A stretch of DNA of 64,000 bases from NCBI GenBank assembly GCA_020137815.1, contig CM035356.1, positions 6,944,001 to 7,008,000 on the forward strand, read 5' to 3'. Position 1 is the first letter of the stretch. Each line of letters opens with the position of its first letter. A model generated the notes under the pieces. That model ran no database searches and was not told where the DNA came from. It worked only from the letters and a program-made list of their open reading frames with translations. The position numbers were made by a program, and so were the translations under genes. Of this stretch, positions 37,427-49,055 are shown one piece after another. The DNA is from Hormiphora californensis (lineage: Eukaryota > Animalia > Ctenophora).

Positions 37427-38699
37427 TTATATTTCTCACTTTATACTATACAAAACACATGGAGAAACTATAAATTATAGTTTCTCCATGCGTTTCGTTG
37501 ATTGAGAAGTAAAGACTAATTTTTAGAGACCCCTATTTCAGGGATCCCTTATATTGTTTGTGTACTTTGATCCACATTCTTTGTAATAGTTTGAAAAAAA
37601 TTAATCTGTATGATTCTAATATTCTAGTTTAGCCCAATACAGCTGATCTGTTTCAGCTAGTTAGTCTACGATGTAGGCTAATTGCGATGGTGTCGACTCT
37701 CTGAGCCAATTTTTCATTTTTAGTCTTTTTCAGGCTTCTCTCTCTATTTATCTCTCTTTCTCAATCTCTTTTTTGGTTTCAATAAATAATAATAAGCAAT
37801 CAATGGATAGTTAAACAGTTAGTGCAGTGGAGAGAAGCGCATGATGTGTGTGACGTATATTAGAAGCTAACCTTCGTTTTGAATTTGTAACTTGCAAATC
37901 AAAATATCAGCCGTTGTTTTCTTAAATATTAATCCGTCAAATGTAAGTGTTACCTAGAACCTCTGAAATACGAAAAAAGTCGAAAATTACTAAAAATAAC
38001 AGTTTTTGCCATTTAACCAAAAACGGCTGTATATAATTTTATGTTTTTCGGATTCTACGTCAAAAAAATACACGGGGTAGGATCCGTAACTTCTCGGGTC
38101 ACTCTAGGCGAGGTATAACCTCCTTCCAGGGCACCGTGTGCCCCACTCAGACTGATCTAAATTAGTGTATCACAGCTTGTAGTACATACTTGTACTATGT
38201 GTACCTATAATAATATTAATAATAATAATATTCGTTCTGAGTACAATATGAGACATGCAATAGTATATTCTTCACCGGAGCTTTAGCTGTGTATATAATA
38301 TACATTATATACACTGTATATAATGTACTGATAGTGTATATACTGCTGCACTGGATCACATACACTCTTGTTGACAATGAACTAGGAAGCATCAATTCTC
38401 TAATAAATCAGTTGATAATTACTTGTTGATCAAATGTTTCCATCTGATTCATGATCGCTGCCTTTATAATGTCTTCTACACATCATGATAAATATATGTT
38501 GAGCCTCTTCCAAAGCAATTTGTTAAAATATCAATACCAGCCCCGTCGAGTGTTTGAATAGCAGACAGATTGCAGACATGGTGACCATTTGGTAATATGG
38601 GTCTCTGATCTCTGTTTCCAGCCGCCAGTAGCTCTTAGCTGCTGTTACATCGCGCCTCCCAGTCGTCCCGTCCTTACCATCTCTCGTAGGTATCGCGTC

Positions 38700-39497
38700 C
38701 CATACCGTCCCATACCTGCCCCTACCGCCCTTGATCACCCCTACCCGCCCCTTTCTGCCCCTACCATCCCCTACCCATTACTTACCGCCCTTTACCGTCC
38801 CGTCCCGCCCCCACCGCCCCCACCACACCCACCGCCCCAACCGTCCCCACCGCGCCAACCGCCCCCACCGCCCCCACCGCCCCCACCTCACCCACCGCCC
38901 CAACCGTCCCCACCGCGCCAACCGCCCCCACCGCCCCCACCGCCCCCACCTCACCCACCGCCCCTACCATCCCCTACCCATTACTTACCGCCCTTGATCA
39001 CCCCTACCCGCCCCTTTCTGCCCCTACCATCCCCTACCCATTACTTACCGCCCTTTACCGCCCCGTCCCGCCCCCACCGCCCCCACCACACCCACCGCCC
39101 CAACCGTCCCCACCGCGCCAACCGCCCCCACCGCCCCCACCGCCCCCACCTCACCCACCGCCCCAACCGTCCCCACCGCCCCCACCGCCCACACCGCCCC
39201 CACCGCCCCCACCACACCCACCGCCCCAACCGTCCCCACCGCCCCCACCGCCCCCACCGCCCCCACCACACCCACCGCCCCCACCGTCCCCACCGCCCCC
39301 ACCACCCAACCGCCCCCACCGTCCCCACCGCCCCCACCACACCCACCGCCCCCACCGCCCTTCCTTACCGCCCTACCTTCTCTACCCGCCCCACCCGCCT
39401 CCACCCGCCTCTTTCCACCCCTACCTCCCTTACCCGCCACCTACCCGCCACCTACCCGCCCCACCACCCCTACCCACGCCCCCGCCCCTACCCACCA
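38700..39497. repeat. C-rich 9-bp minisatellite (CCCCACCGC-like)
   Basis: Tandem 9-mers with higher-order repeats. They explain the Pro/His-rich spurious ORFs. Confidence 0.92.
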
Positions 39498-40061
39498 GTA
39501 CGTTTGAGGTTGTATGCTCGTTTAGTGTGATTCTATAACTTGGCAAAAACAGCTCTTCTGTGATTAATTTGTATTCTCAGTGGAAGAAGATCTGTCAATC
39601 ATTTCCGAATAGTGCTACACGAGGCGCCATAGTTGTTTGGCTGGCTATTCTAATCTAAATTTCCTGGAAATCTTCTTTTTGTTCCAACCAAATATCTTTG
39701 GCCGTGTACGTGTTTTTGGTCTCTTCTCCGCATCCATTGTTTTGCAAAGACGCGTACATGATCCGTAACGTGGTCGGTGTTTTTAGCAACGTAACTTCGT
39801 AAAGTTTCCAGCCTGAGTGCCTGACAGCAAATGTGATGTTTAGTTTTAATTCTCGTGCCAGTCTATCTATCTGGTAGTTGAAAAGTTTTGTGCCAGTCTA
39901 TCTATCTGGTAGTTGAAAAGTTTTGTGCCAGTCTATTTTGTACTCTTGATAGTTTGTCATTAGTTTAGTGAAGGAGCAGTGAAGTCGAATTAAAGCCGGA
40001 CACATGGGCGCTGCTAAACATATCGTGTTTGCTGACCAAATACTTCCCATAGCTAGGGATC

Positions 40062-43000
40062 ATGGGTCGGCCCTCTGTAGAATGGTCCACCAAGTTATGG
40101 GAGGGGCTCAGGGTTCAATTTAACAAACAGAAATTCAGTGATCTCGCTGTTAACGTGCTGGTAAGTTGTTGGTGAAAGTGTGCTAGATGAATTACCGACC
40201 GGCGACCTCCAATAACTTCCATAAAATATTTGTTCGATAACCGGGTGAACAGACCCCCTTCCAATTACAAACTCAATCTTTACAGGGTGAGATAGTGCAC
40301 GTGCATAGGGTCGTGCTAAGCACCCAAAGCGATGCCCTTTCTGAACTGCTACCCACCACATATGATGAAGCTGTCATGAACTGGAGCGCACACTGTAACG
40401 ATATCAACCATGCCAAGGTATAGCAAACACTCCTTTAATTGGGATCTGAACAAGTTTGTCGTTGACTTTGTAAAAACTCTATTAGTCCAGCTTTGAACCA
40501 CGCGTGTTCACCATAGTACCCCCCCCCCCATGTGAACATGAACTAAACAGTGAATAAGCTTTAGCAAAAAGATACTTGCAGGATTTTTTGAAGAGTTTGT
40601 ATTATGGGTACGCTAATGTTCATCAAGATAATGTACTGGCGTTGCTCAAACTCGCCAAAATATACGACGTAACCTGGCTTGTGAACGAGGCTGAAAGGTA
40701 ACCATGAAGGGTAACTATATAGAGTAACTACTGCAGGGTAACATATAGGGTAACTGCTGTAGGGTAGCTAAGTATAATACTAGTGTTCGAACAATCCTTT
40801 TTTCTCGATTAGGGTAACTATAGCTTTCTTGAGGCACCCCTTACTTAACAAAATTAGCTGGGATTATATCTATTCTATTTATTATAGGATTCTGATAGAA
40901 TCATTATTTTTACTAAACCCCTAATCTCCTTTTTATTTTCAGCTTCGCTAGGAATCATATTAATCATTCAAACATCCTGGAGTACCTTGATTTTGCTGTG
41001 ATCTACGAGTGCACTGAACTCAAGGAGGCATGCAGTGCTAAACTGTTCAAATATAACAAGAAATATAGCCTGGAGAGGATAGCTCAACCCTTGGTGAAGG
41101 TGTGGTTACACATAACACCCAAAACTCTCAGCTACGTGGCCTCACATGACAAGTAAGACGCTTGATGTTATGATACAGTACACGTTCTAGAAGAGCTCTT
41201 TTGATAGCTGTCCTGCTGTCAGAGCGTTGGCCCTATTCTCATTTCGGAGTGCGCGAGAGCTGTTGCAGTGGTTGCAGAGCCTGACTCTGCAGGTTGTGTG
41301 TGACAAACAGACAAACATACAAACATACAAAAAACTCTGCATCAGATTGTGTGTAGAGGATGAGGTTGAAGTATTTCATTACGTTATGTGCTGGATAGAG
41401 GCAGGACAACGGGAAATTACTTCCCCACTCACATGTGTCAGGTACGGTATTGGGCACGTCGCACTATCCCCTGTACGTGGCCGCCAAGGTACGGTATAAC
41501 GGGATTCAAAGATCTGTCTGTGTGTGTATATTGGGTGTGTCTACATGATGATTGTCAGAGCATTGGCCTGACCGCATGATGACATACTCTCCGTTAATGA
41601 GCCTGACAAATTAATTAATGACCTGTTAATCACCCATTCTAATTGTTTCAGATATGGCTTTCTCCCGGCAAATTTCTACGCACTGTTCGCGTTACCCTAT
41701 GTTATGAAGGCTGACCCGTCCTTGGGTGCCTATCTTGCAGAATCAGAGATCTCTTGTCCTGTGTTTTCAGCTGATGAAATCAGGAGACCTTCGCCAGGTG
41801 CCATTACACGGTAAATAATCAATAAAACCGGATTCTGTACACTCTTCGACAATAAACTATTATCAAACAATTTGAATTTTTAACTAATCTATTACATATT
41901 GACAAATGATAAGCTCCGATTATTTAATTTCAGGTTCAAGACGCCCCGATCATATCGCTACTACAGAAGCGAACCCTCCTTTTACAAAGAAACTGTAGTT
42001 CAAGTTTCAGAAGATTTCCTTTCAAAAGAAAAGTAAGTAGGGTGGGTAGGGCGGGTAGGGTGAGTAGGGCGGGTAGGGCGGGCAGGGCGGGTGGGTAGGA
42101 TGGGTAGGGCGGGTAGGGCGGGTAGGGCGGGCAGGGCGGGCAGGGCGGGCAGGGCGGGCAGGTAGGGCGGGTAGGATGGGTAGGTCGTGTAGGGCGGGTA
42201 GGGTGGGTAGGGTGGGTAGGGTGGGTACTGGGTAGGGTGGATAGGGCGGGTAGGGCGGGTAGGGTGGGTAGGGTGGGTAGGGTGGGTAGGGTGGGTAGGG
42301 TGGGTAGGGTGGGTAGGGTGGGTAGGGTGGGTAGGGTGGGTAGGGTGGGTACTGGGTAGGGTGGATAGGGCGGGTAGGGCGGGTAGGGTGGGTAGGGTGG
42401 GTAGGGTGGGTAGGGTGGGTAGGGTGGGTAGGGTGGGTAGGGTGGGTAGGGTGGGTAGGGTGGGTAGGGTGGGTAGGGTGGGTAGGGCGGGTAGGGCGGG
42501 TAGGGTGGGTAGGGTGGGTAGGGTGGGTAGGGTGGGTAGGGTGGGTACTGGGTAGGGTGGATAGGGTGGGTAGGGTGTTTAGGGTGGGTAGGGTGGGTAG
42601 GGTGGGTAGGGTGGGTAGGGTGGGTAGGGTGGGTAGGGTGGGTAGGGTGGGTAGGGTGGGTAGGGTGGGTAGGGTGGGTAGGGTGGGAAGGGAGATTGGT
42701 AAATCTATACATGACAAGTGTATTCTGATCACGATATTCCCTCATCCTGCAGGTTTTCCAAAGTGTTTCCACTCTCAAGTTTCACAGTTCGGATTGAGGT
42801 CGATGAGAAGGTCTCGATATCCGTAGAGGTACCTAAAAGCCGCGCCAGCTCCACCTCAACGCGTAGTGAGGGAGGGAGTAGCCGGGGACGGAGTAAAGGC
42901 AATCCAGGGGCTATAATTCTCAGCAATCTCGACGAAGAAGAGAAGGGAGAGGTACTATTAATTGGGGGAGGGTGTTGTTTCCATGGTTTCCATGATAATT

Positions 43001-43588
43001 CTAACAACTATCTAGCCTGCATTTTTACAGGTTTCATTAAACGGGACATCATCACAAGACGGGGATAACAAGAGTTGTGATACCTATGACATTGTATCGC
43101 CTAGCTCTCAAGAGGTTGATATTCATAGTGATCCTGGAAAGAAACCACCCATCCTCAAAACTGATTCGTGAGTGTAACTGCAGCATCCTACTGGTGGGGG
43201 TGGCCGAATCGATCACCCTTTCGAATTATTAGGATATGTGATCCCCCAGTAGGATGAGGGGGGGTCACATATCCTGGGCTGGGTCTCACCTCGCAGAAAA
43301 AGTATACCTTTGCTCTCCCTCTGATCTCTCTGTAAACCTCACCATAACTATTGTACCAACTAAAAACCTTATCTCAGGGGTGGTAGTTCCAGTGCGGCGA
43401 GTACCCAGGATGCCCGGGACTCCTCACGAGACACACTATTCTACTGTTACTGCCTCTCACCCGCAACCAGACAACCACTCGCCCTATTCAGATGGTGGAA
43501 CTCCGGCTCGTGGAGCAGAAATAGTTTTGATATGCTGATTAAACAGGCTCACGGCACCCTCGCGTTAGGCATCATTGTCGTTCGATGA
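40062..43588 (+). CDS. BTB/POZ-BACK domain protein, 10 exons, no Kelch repeats
   Basis: Exons from 40062-40160, 40286-40417, 40582-40697, 40943-, 41346-, 41652-, 41934-, 42753-, 43031-, 43378-43588. BTB motifs KFSDLAV, HRVVLSTQS, FLKSLYYG..NVLALLKLAKIYDV. BACK motif LCVEDEVEVFHYVMCWI..CVRY. Confidence 0.88.
42036..42690. repeat. G-rich 9-bp minisatellite (GGGTGGGTA)n in a BTB-gene intron
   Basis: Long tandem array with a G-quadruplex-type pattern. Confidence 0.95.
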
Positions 43589-43945
43589 CACTGGTTTTAA
43601 TTTCATTGCACCCGAAAATATATTTATTTCAGAAGAGACTGTGCTGGGGCGGAAAAACAATTTTTCTTGATATAGACATTCTGCTCAGAAAGAGAATGAG
43701 AAGTCCTCAAGAGAGAAAGATATTTTAGTTAGCGATAATAAAACATAGTTTTGGTATTCATATATAAAATGTGATTTGTTACAGTTTTTATGGCCCCCAC
43801 TTAATGATTAATATTAGATAAAGACGGAGGGAAGAGCTTGAAGTTTAAAATTCAGTTTAACTGTTTAACTTACCATTATATTTTTTACATAACCTTAAAT
43901 TTCTGACTGCTAAATACATGATACAAATAACAGAGTCTCAAATCA

Positions 43946-44310
43946 AATGTTGTTATGTGGTTGTTATGTGGTTGTCATCGTGGTTGTTATGTGGTTATTA
44001 TGTGGTTATCATGTGGTTGTTATGTGGTTGTCATGTGGTTGTTATGTGGGGTTGTCATGTGGTTGTTATGTGGTTGTCATGTGGTTATCATGTGGTTGTT
44101 ATGTGGTTGTCATGTGGTTGTTATGTGGGGTTGTCATGTGGTTGTTATGTGGTTGTCATGTGGTTGTTATCGTGGTTGTTATCGTGGTTGTCATGTGGAG
44201 TTGTCATGTGGAGTTGTCATGTGGTTGTTATGTGGGGTTGTCATGTGGTGTGATGTGTTTGTCATGTGGTTGTTATGTGGTTGTCATCGTGGTTGTCATG
44301 TGGGGTTGTC
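43946..44310. repeat. 11-bp minisatellite (ATGTGGTTGT[T/C])n
   Basis: Tandem degenerate 11-mers. Confidence 0.92.
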
Positions 44311-45488
44311 ACGAAGAACAATGCTGCGAAGTTCACGTGTTCTTCATCGGTAGAGGGAAAAGGAGGGAAAAGGAGGAAAAATACCGCTAAAAGAGGAAAC
44401 ATAATATATTTTACAGTTGTGTCAAAATGGAGCTCTCAATTGAGACGGTTGTCGGGAAAGTATAAAGTATACTGCAGACTTTACAGACTCTGCATTCTGC
44501 ATGGCCATGGCTCCAAAATTATAAAAGTAGAGGAAGCTTTTAATTACTCGCCGTAGAAGTAAAGCACATTTTTGTTTGTATATAGTGTGCGTCTGATTGA
44601 TTCAAACTGTGTACAGCTAACTCTTTCAACCCTCTACATGGCTGTCTGTTGCGTGTGAGGAAGCCGGTACTACAACTATGTACATTTTGTTTCGACTGTT
44701 TCGTGATGAGGAAACAGCACGTCGTTTCAATAACTGATATTCTAATTGGAAATCTTATTAGGGAATATATAGCATGTATAATAGGAATAACAGTGACAGA
44801 AATCGGTTTAAAAATAACCTCAAGAGAACTGCAGTAATGTCATTAGAAAACAACGACAACTTCACATCCATGCTGCTAGAATCTCTATACACACGCCCAT
44901 GGGTTGCCCAACCAGTTTTAGGTTCACTCTCTCTCTCACGCTGTCTGGCGCCGCGACCCCATCTGATCGCACTGTCGCCAAATTGGGGTATGGCGCCGCC
45001 ATACAGCCCTCACGAGATCTTTGCACGTGCGTTCAAGTACATTTGGGTTTCTACTTTCAGCTCTAATTAACTTACTCTACTCCAGCGTGTGACTCACACA
45101 GACACACACCACAACATAGTGTTAATATAGTTCATTTCATACTTCAGGGGACACATGTTCATGTTGTAACGCACATTTCCGGAAGTGCTATCGGTAGTAG
45201 TTCTGAGTCTTTGATGTGCTTGAGACACAATTTCAATGCGGTGGTATTTTCAGAAAACATTCTCTTCACCTTTCCTTTCTTTATTATAACATTTGCTGCC
45301 GTGTTTTGACTTGATATACTGTCATATTTTGTTGATTGACAGGTCATAAACTTTGTTTAAATGCTGAAAATTTGCTACTTTGCCTCATCGCTGTTATACT
45401 TTTGCCAAGTTGTAATATTTACCATTTTCAAACCGGATTTACTGACCACTCTTCCAGATATACACTCTCCTGATCATCTCCCTTCAAA

Positions 45489-48400
45489 ATGCCGCTATTT
45501 TCAAAGAAAAAGAAGCTAGAACAGGACAAGATGATAAAACCCCAGCCTCGCCAGAATAGGAGTGTCAGCCTGTTTCAGAAGTTGGAGCGGAGGAATAATA
45601 TCGTTAAAGAGAGGGAGGGAGACAGCATCGAGCCTGTTATGGAGGTATGTAGTTAATTAATTAAGTGATTAATTAGTTCCTTACAGAAGTTCCTTACATT
45701 AGTCAAGTTCCTTAAATTAATTATACACGTTTTAGTTTCAATAGCTTCTTGCATTATTTAAAACACTCTTATACATCTTGAAATGTAGGACAGCTATTGA
45801 ATCTATTTTCTCAATTTGCGTTTAAATAAATTCAGATAAAAAGAAGGGACATTGAGAGAAACATAACCAGAAAAGATTTACACTCAGTAAGACATATATT
45901 GCAGCCTAGAATTGCGTCACAGATTTTGAAGCAGCAGCATATGTTACGTCATACATCTGTGGTATTGTGGTGTCAAAGAGAGCTCTCGAGTTTGAAGCCC
46001 TGGAAAGCGACAAGCCAATTATCGGTTAATTATCATGCTAATTATAGCACACCCTCACACAGTATTTCACAGTTGATTTGTTACAGTTGCTGTTCTCTGG
46101 TGATGAGTATGTGCTTGAGGAAGTGAATCCAGAGAGGAGATCTAAAAGTGAACCAGCTTATCTGACAGGAAAACTCCGCAAACAACTTTCCAACACGTTC
46201 CTTAAGGCGATTGGTAAAATGGATGCCATATCTCCTGATCCTGCACCACCTGTAGAGCCCAGTGGAAACCAGAAGCAAGAGGATGATGAAAAGAGGGATT
46301 GTGTTGAGAATGGAAGTGGTGTACTTATACACGACCAAGACAAGGATGATGGTTGTACTGATACAATCAAGGGACTACAGGAAAGTTTGGAAGAAAGTTT
46401 AGAAGAAAAAGACGAAGAAGAAGGAGAAGAAAAAGACGAAGAAGTAGAGGATGAAGAGGAAGATGAGGAAGAGGAAGATGAAGAAGACACATTTATTGAA
46501 CTTCCAGCAGTAACTAAACCCTTGGAAAGTATCATATCACTTAACAACACACCACAAATGAAGGAGGAAAACTCGAGGGGTCGATCTAACAGCCTCTTCA
46601 AGATCCTAGGACGGCGACAAAAACTGGTTGATGAGGCATGCAAGGCTGCAGAGGGAGAGGTGAGATTCTGATTTCAGTTCTTGCATCTCCCATGCCCCGT
46701 CATTTTTATATACTCAACAAGTCAGTACGGCCGTTAGAAAGCGAGCTAAAACAAAGCTCAACTCTGTTTTAGGAGTCCACTACAGCTGCAGAGCCGTACT
46801 TCAACCCCACACCAGCAGCGAAGAAAGTACCTTCCAGAGATAGGAGCAACAGCCTGTTCAAAATTCTCAGCAGGCGACAGAAAATTTCAGAACAACCAGT
46901 TTTAGATGAAACAGCTGAGGTACATTTTGTAGCACCCGGTCCTAGATGAAACAGCTGAGGTACATTTTGTAGCATCATCATGGGTTGCAGTTAACACAAT
47001 TGACAACACTTAGTGCACCACACTTTTGTAGCATCATGGGTTATAATAGCTGTTATAGCTTCACCTTCTATTTGATATACTCAAGCACTTTCTGTAGTAT
47101 TAAGGGGTCCTATCACAGCCCATTTCGCAGTTTTTTGGATTTGGAAGCACATCGATTAGGACCCGTGGATTTGGAATCAGTTTGCCCGCTCGACGTGGCC
47201 AAGGAAGCAACGCAATAGTTAATAACGAAGTAGATTTATTAAAAGCATACATCGAAGTGGAAGCACGCATAGCTAATGATAGCAAGCAGCACCCAAATAC
47301 CATTACAAGGAGAGGGACGAGTGTGTGGTACTACCGGTGTGTCCCGTGAAAACCTTCGAAAAACCTCAAAAACGGAGAAACAGCTTGTTGATGATGCTGG
47401 ATCGCCGCCAAAAACGGAAAAATCCAGTGAAACGTGTCAAAAACCGAATGATGGTTAGGACCACTAACTGATCAGTAATTAGAGTCGAGAAAACGAATTG
47501 ATAACTAATTGATTACACCCACTACCAAAATCATCCACTTTCAAAATTATCTTATTTTCAGGTGTTTAATCCGCTGATAGAGTTCAAAGACATTCCCAGA
47601 GCAGAAATTGCGAAATACGAAGAAGTTTTCAATGAGTAAGTTTATCTTAAATCTTAAATGAACTTTATCAAACCAAAATCCTTTGTGTTGACCAAATAAA
47701 AAACTCTCAATTGTTTTTTAAATACAGTTCTTGCTATAATTCTCCGTTCCAAAAAGGTAACCCTAAATAATGATTCCCATTTCTCCTATATAGATTTGAT
47801 GCAGACGGTAACGGTATGTTGACTATTGAAGAAATTAAAGGTGCTATGAGAAAGTTAGGCACGGTGATGACTCACATGCAGTTCAAAGACATTCTAACGG
47901 AGTTGGATGCTGATGGGAACAATGAACTCGACCTCCGAGAGGTATAATTGGTGTTCGCATTTATTATTTGTTATCCATACAGGTTGTTTGCGTCGATGTA
48001 TTTGTTACGAATGAATTCATTTAAATCGAAAAAGACTGTAGTATCTTTCCTTTTAAATGAATGCATTCTTAGATTCATTCTTAAATTCCTTCTTAGATCT
48101 CTATTCACCGCTCACATTATGTGTTTCTATTATCTGCTATCCATACAGATTGTTACAGTCAATGTACCTATAATCTCTTTCAGTTTATTGGGATCTACGC
48201 CAAGTTACGAACGGGGAAAGCCTCGGACAGTCTCAATAAGATGGTAGAGGAGATCGAGGTTGCAAAGATCGGAGTTGGCGGAGCTAAAAACTTCTTTGAG
48301 GACAAAGCTGCTAGAACTGTGTAAGTGCATGACATAATGCCGTGTATCGAAACACTAGGTGAATCTTGAATACTGCGGTGTATCGATACATCAGATAAAA

Positions 48401-48915
48401 ATGAAATTCCTAATTTCACACCCTCTTCTTTTTTACTTTCACCACATCCTATTTTGTTTCGCTACACATTGTCTTTACACTTTTACAGTAATGCTTCACA
48501 TGACACACCCTCCCCTGGTATAAATCAGAGAGACAGCGTATGAGACGGAGGTGCGAGTTGAAAAGGAGATGTTGGCAAAACGCCAAGCGGAGGAGGAAGC
48601 CAAGAGACAGGAAATGGCGAACAAAGCAGCAGCATTCGGACAGGTCATTATAATTCATGATTTGCTTGTCCATGTCATGCACCTACCCCATATTCCTCAG
48701 TCAAAACAATTGAAAATGAAATTTCCTCAGTTTTAATTTAGTCCACAAAATCAAATCAATTGGAAACTAACCGCTGAGCCTTCTCCATTTTTCCGCAGGT
48801 AAAGCTAACAAAAAAGAAGAGTGCCCCAGAACTGGAGAAGAAAGCTTCAAAGCTGAAAATCAAAAAGATGAAGTCTAAGAATGCTATTGCAGAAACAGTT
48901 GAAGAAGATTCATGA
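45489..48915 (+). CDS. EFHD2: Swiprosin/EFHD-family EF-hand protein with an extended acidic N-terminus, 10 exons
   Basis: VFNPLIEFKDIPRAEI, EF-hands DADGNGMLTIEE and DADGNNELDLRE, EIEVAKIGVGGAKNFFEDK and a C-terminal coiled coil all match the EFHD1/2 pattern. Junctions are GT-AG and phase-consistent. The symbol denotes the family, not one-to-one orthology. Confidence 0.88.
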
Positions 48916-49055
48916 ACAATGACAATATGCATACATGTATCAATACACATTGAATTAGTGCATTGATTTTGATAAATATAGATGAGCTTTTTTGTATTTT
49001 TTGTAAAATTCTAAGAAATCTAAAGTGTTTACATTTACAAAAAGTTTTAAAATTG

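Noticed and set aside
38589-39530. 313-aa Pro/His/Arg-rich ORF
   Set aside because: It is a translation of a C-rich 9-bp minisatellite, open in several frames, with no splice or domain support.
41936-42778. PYP/PTH/PTL-repeat ORFs (extensin-like)
   Set aside because: They are the antisense reading of an intronic (GGGTGGGTA)n array.
43918-44390. Cys/Val/Trp-rich ORFs
   Set aside because: They are translations of an 11-bp minisatellite.
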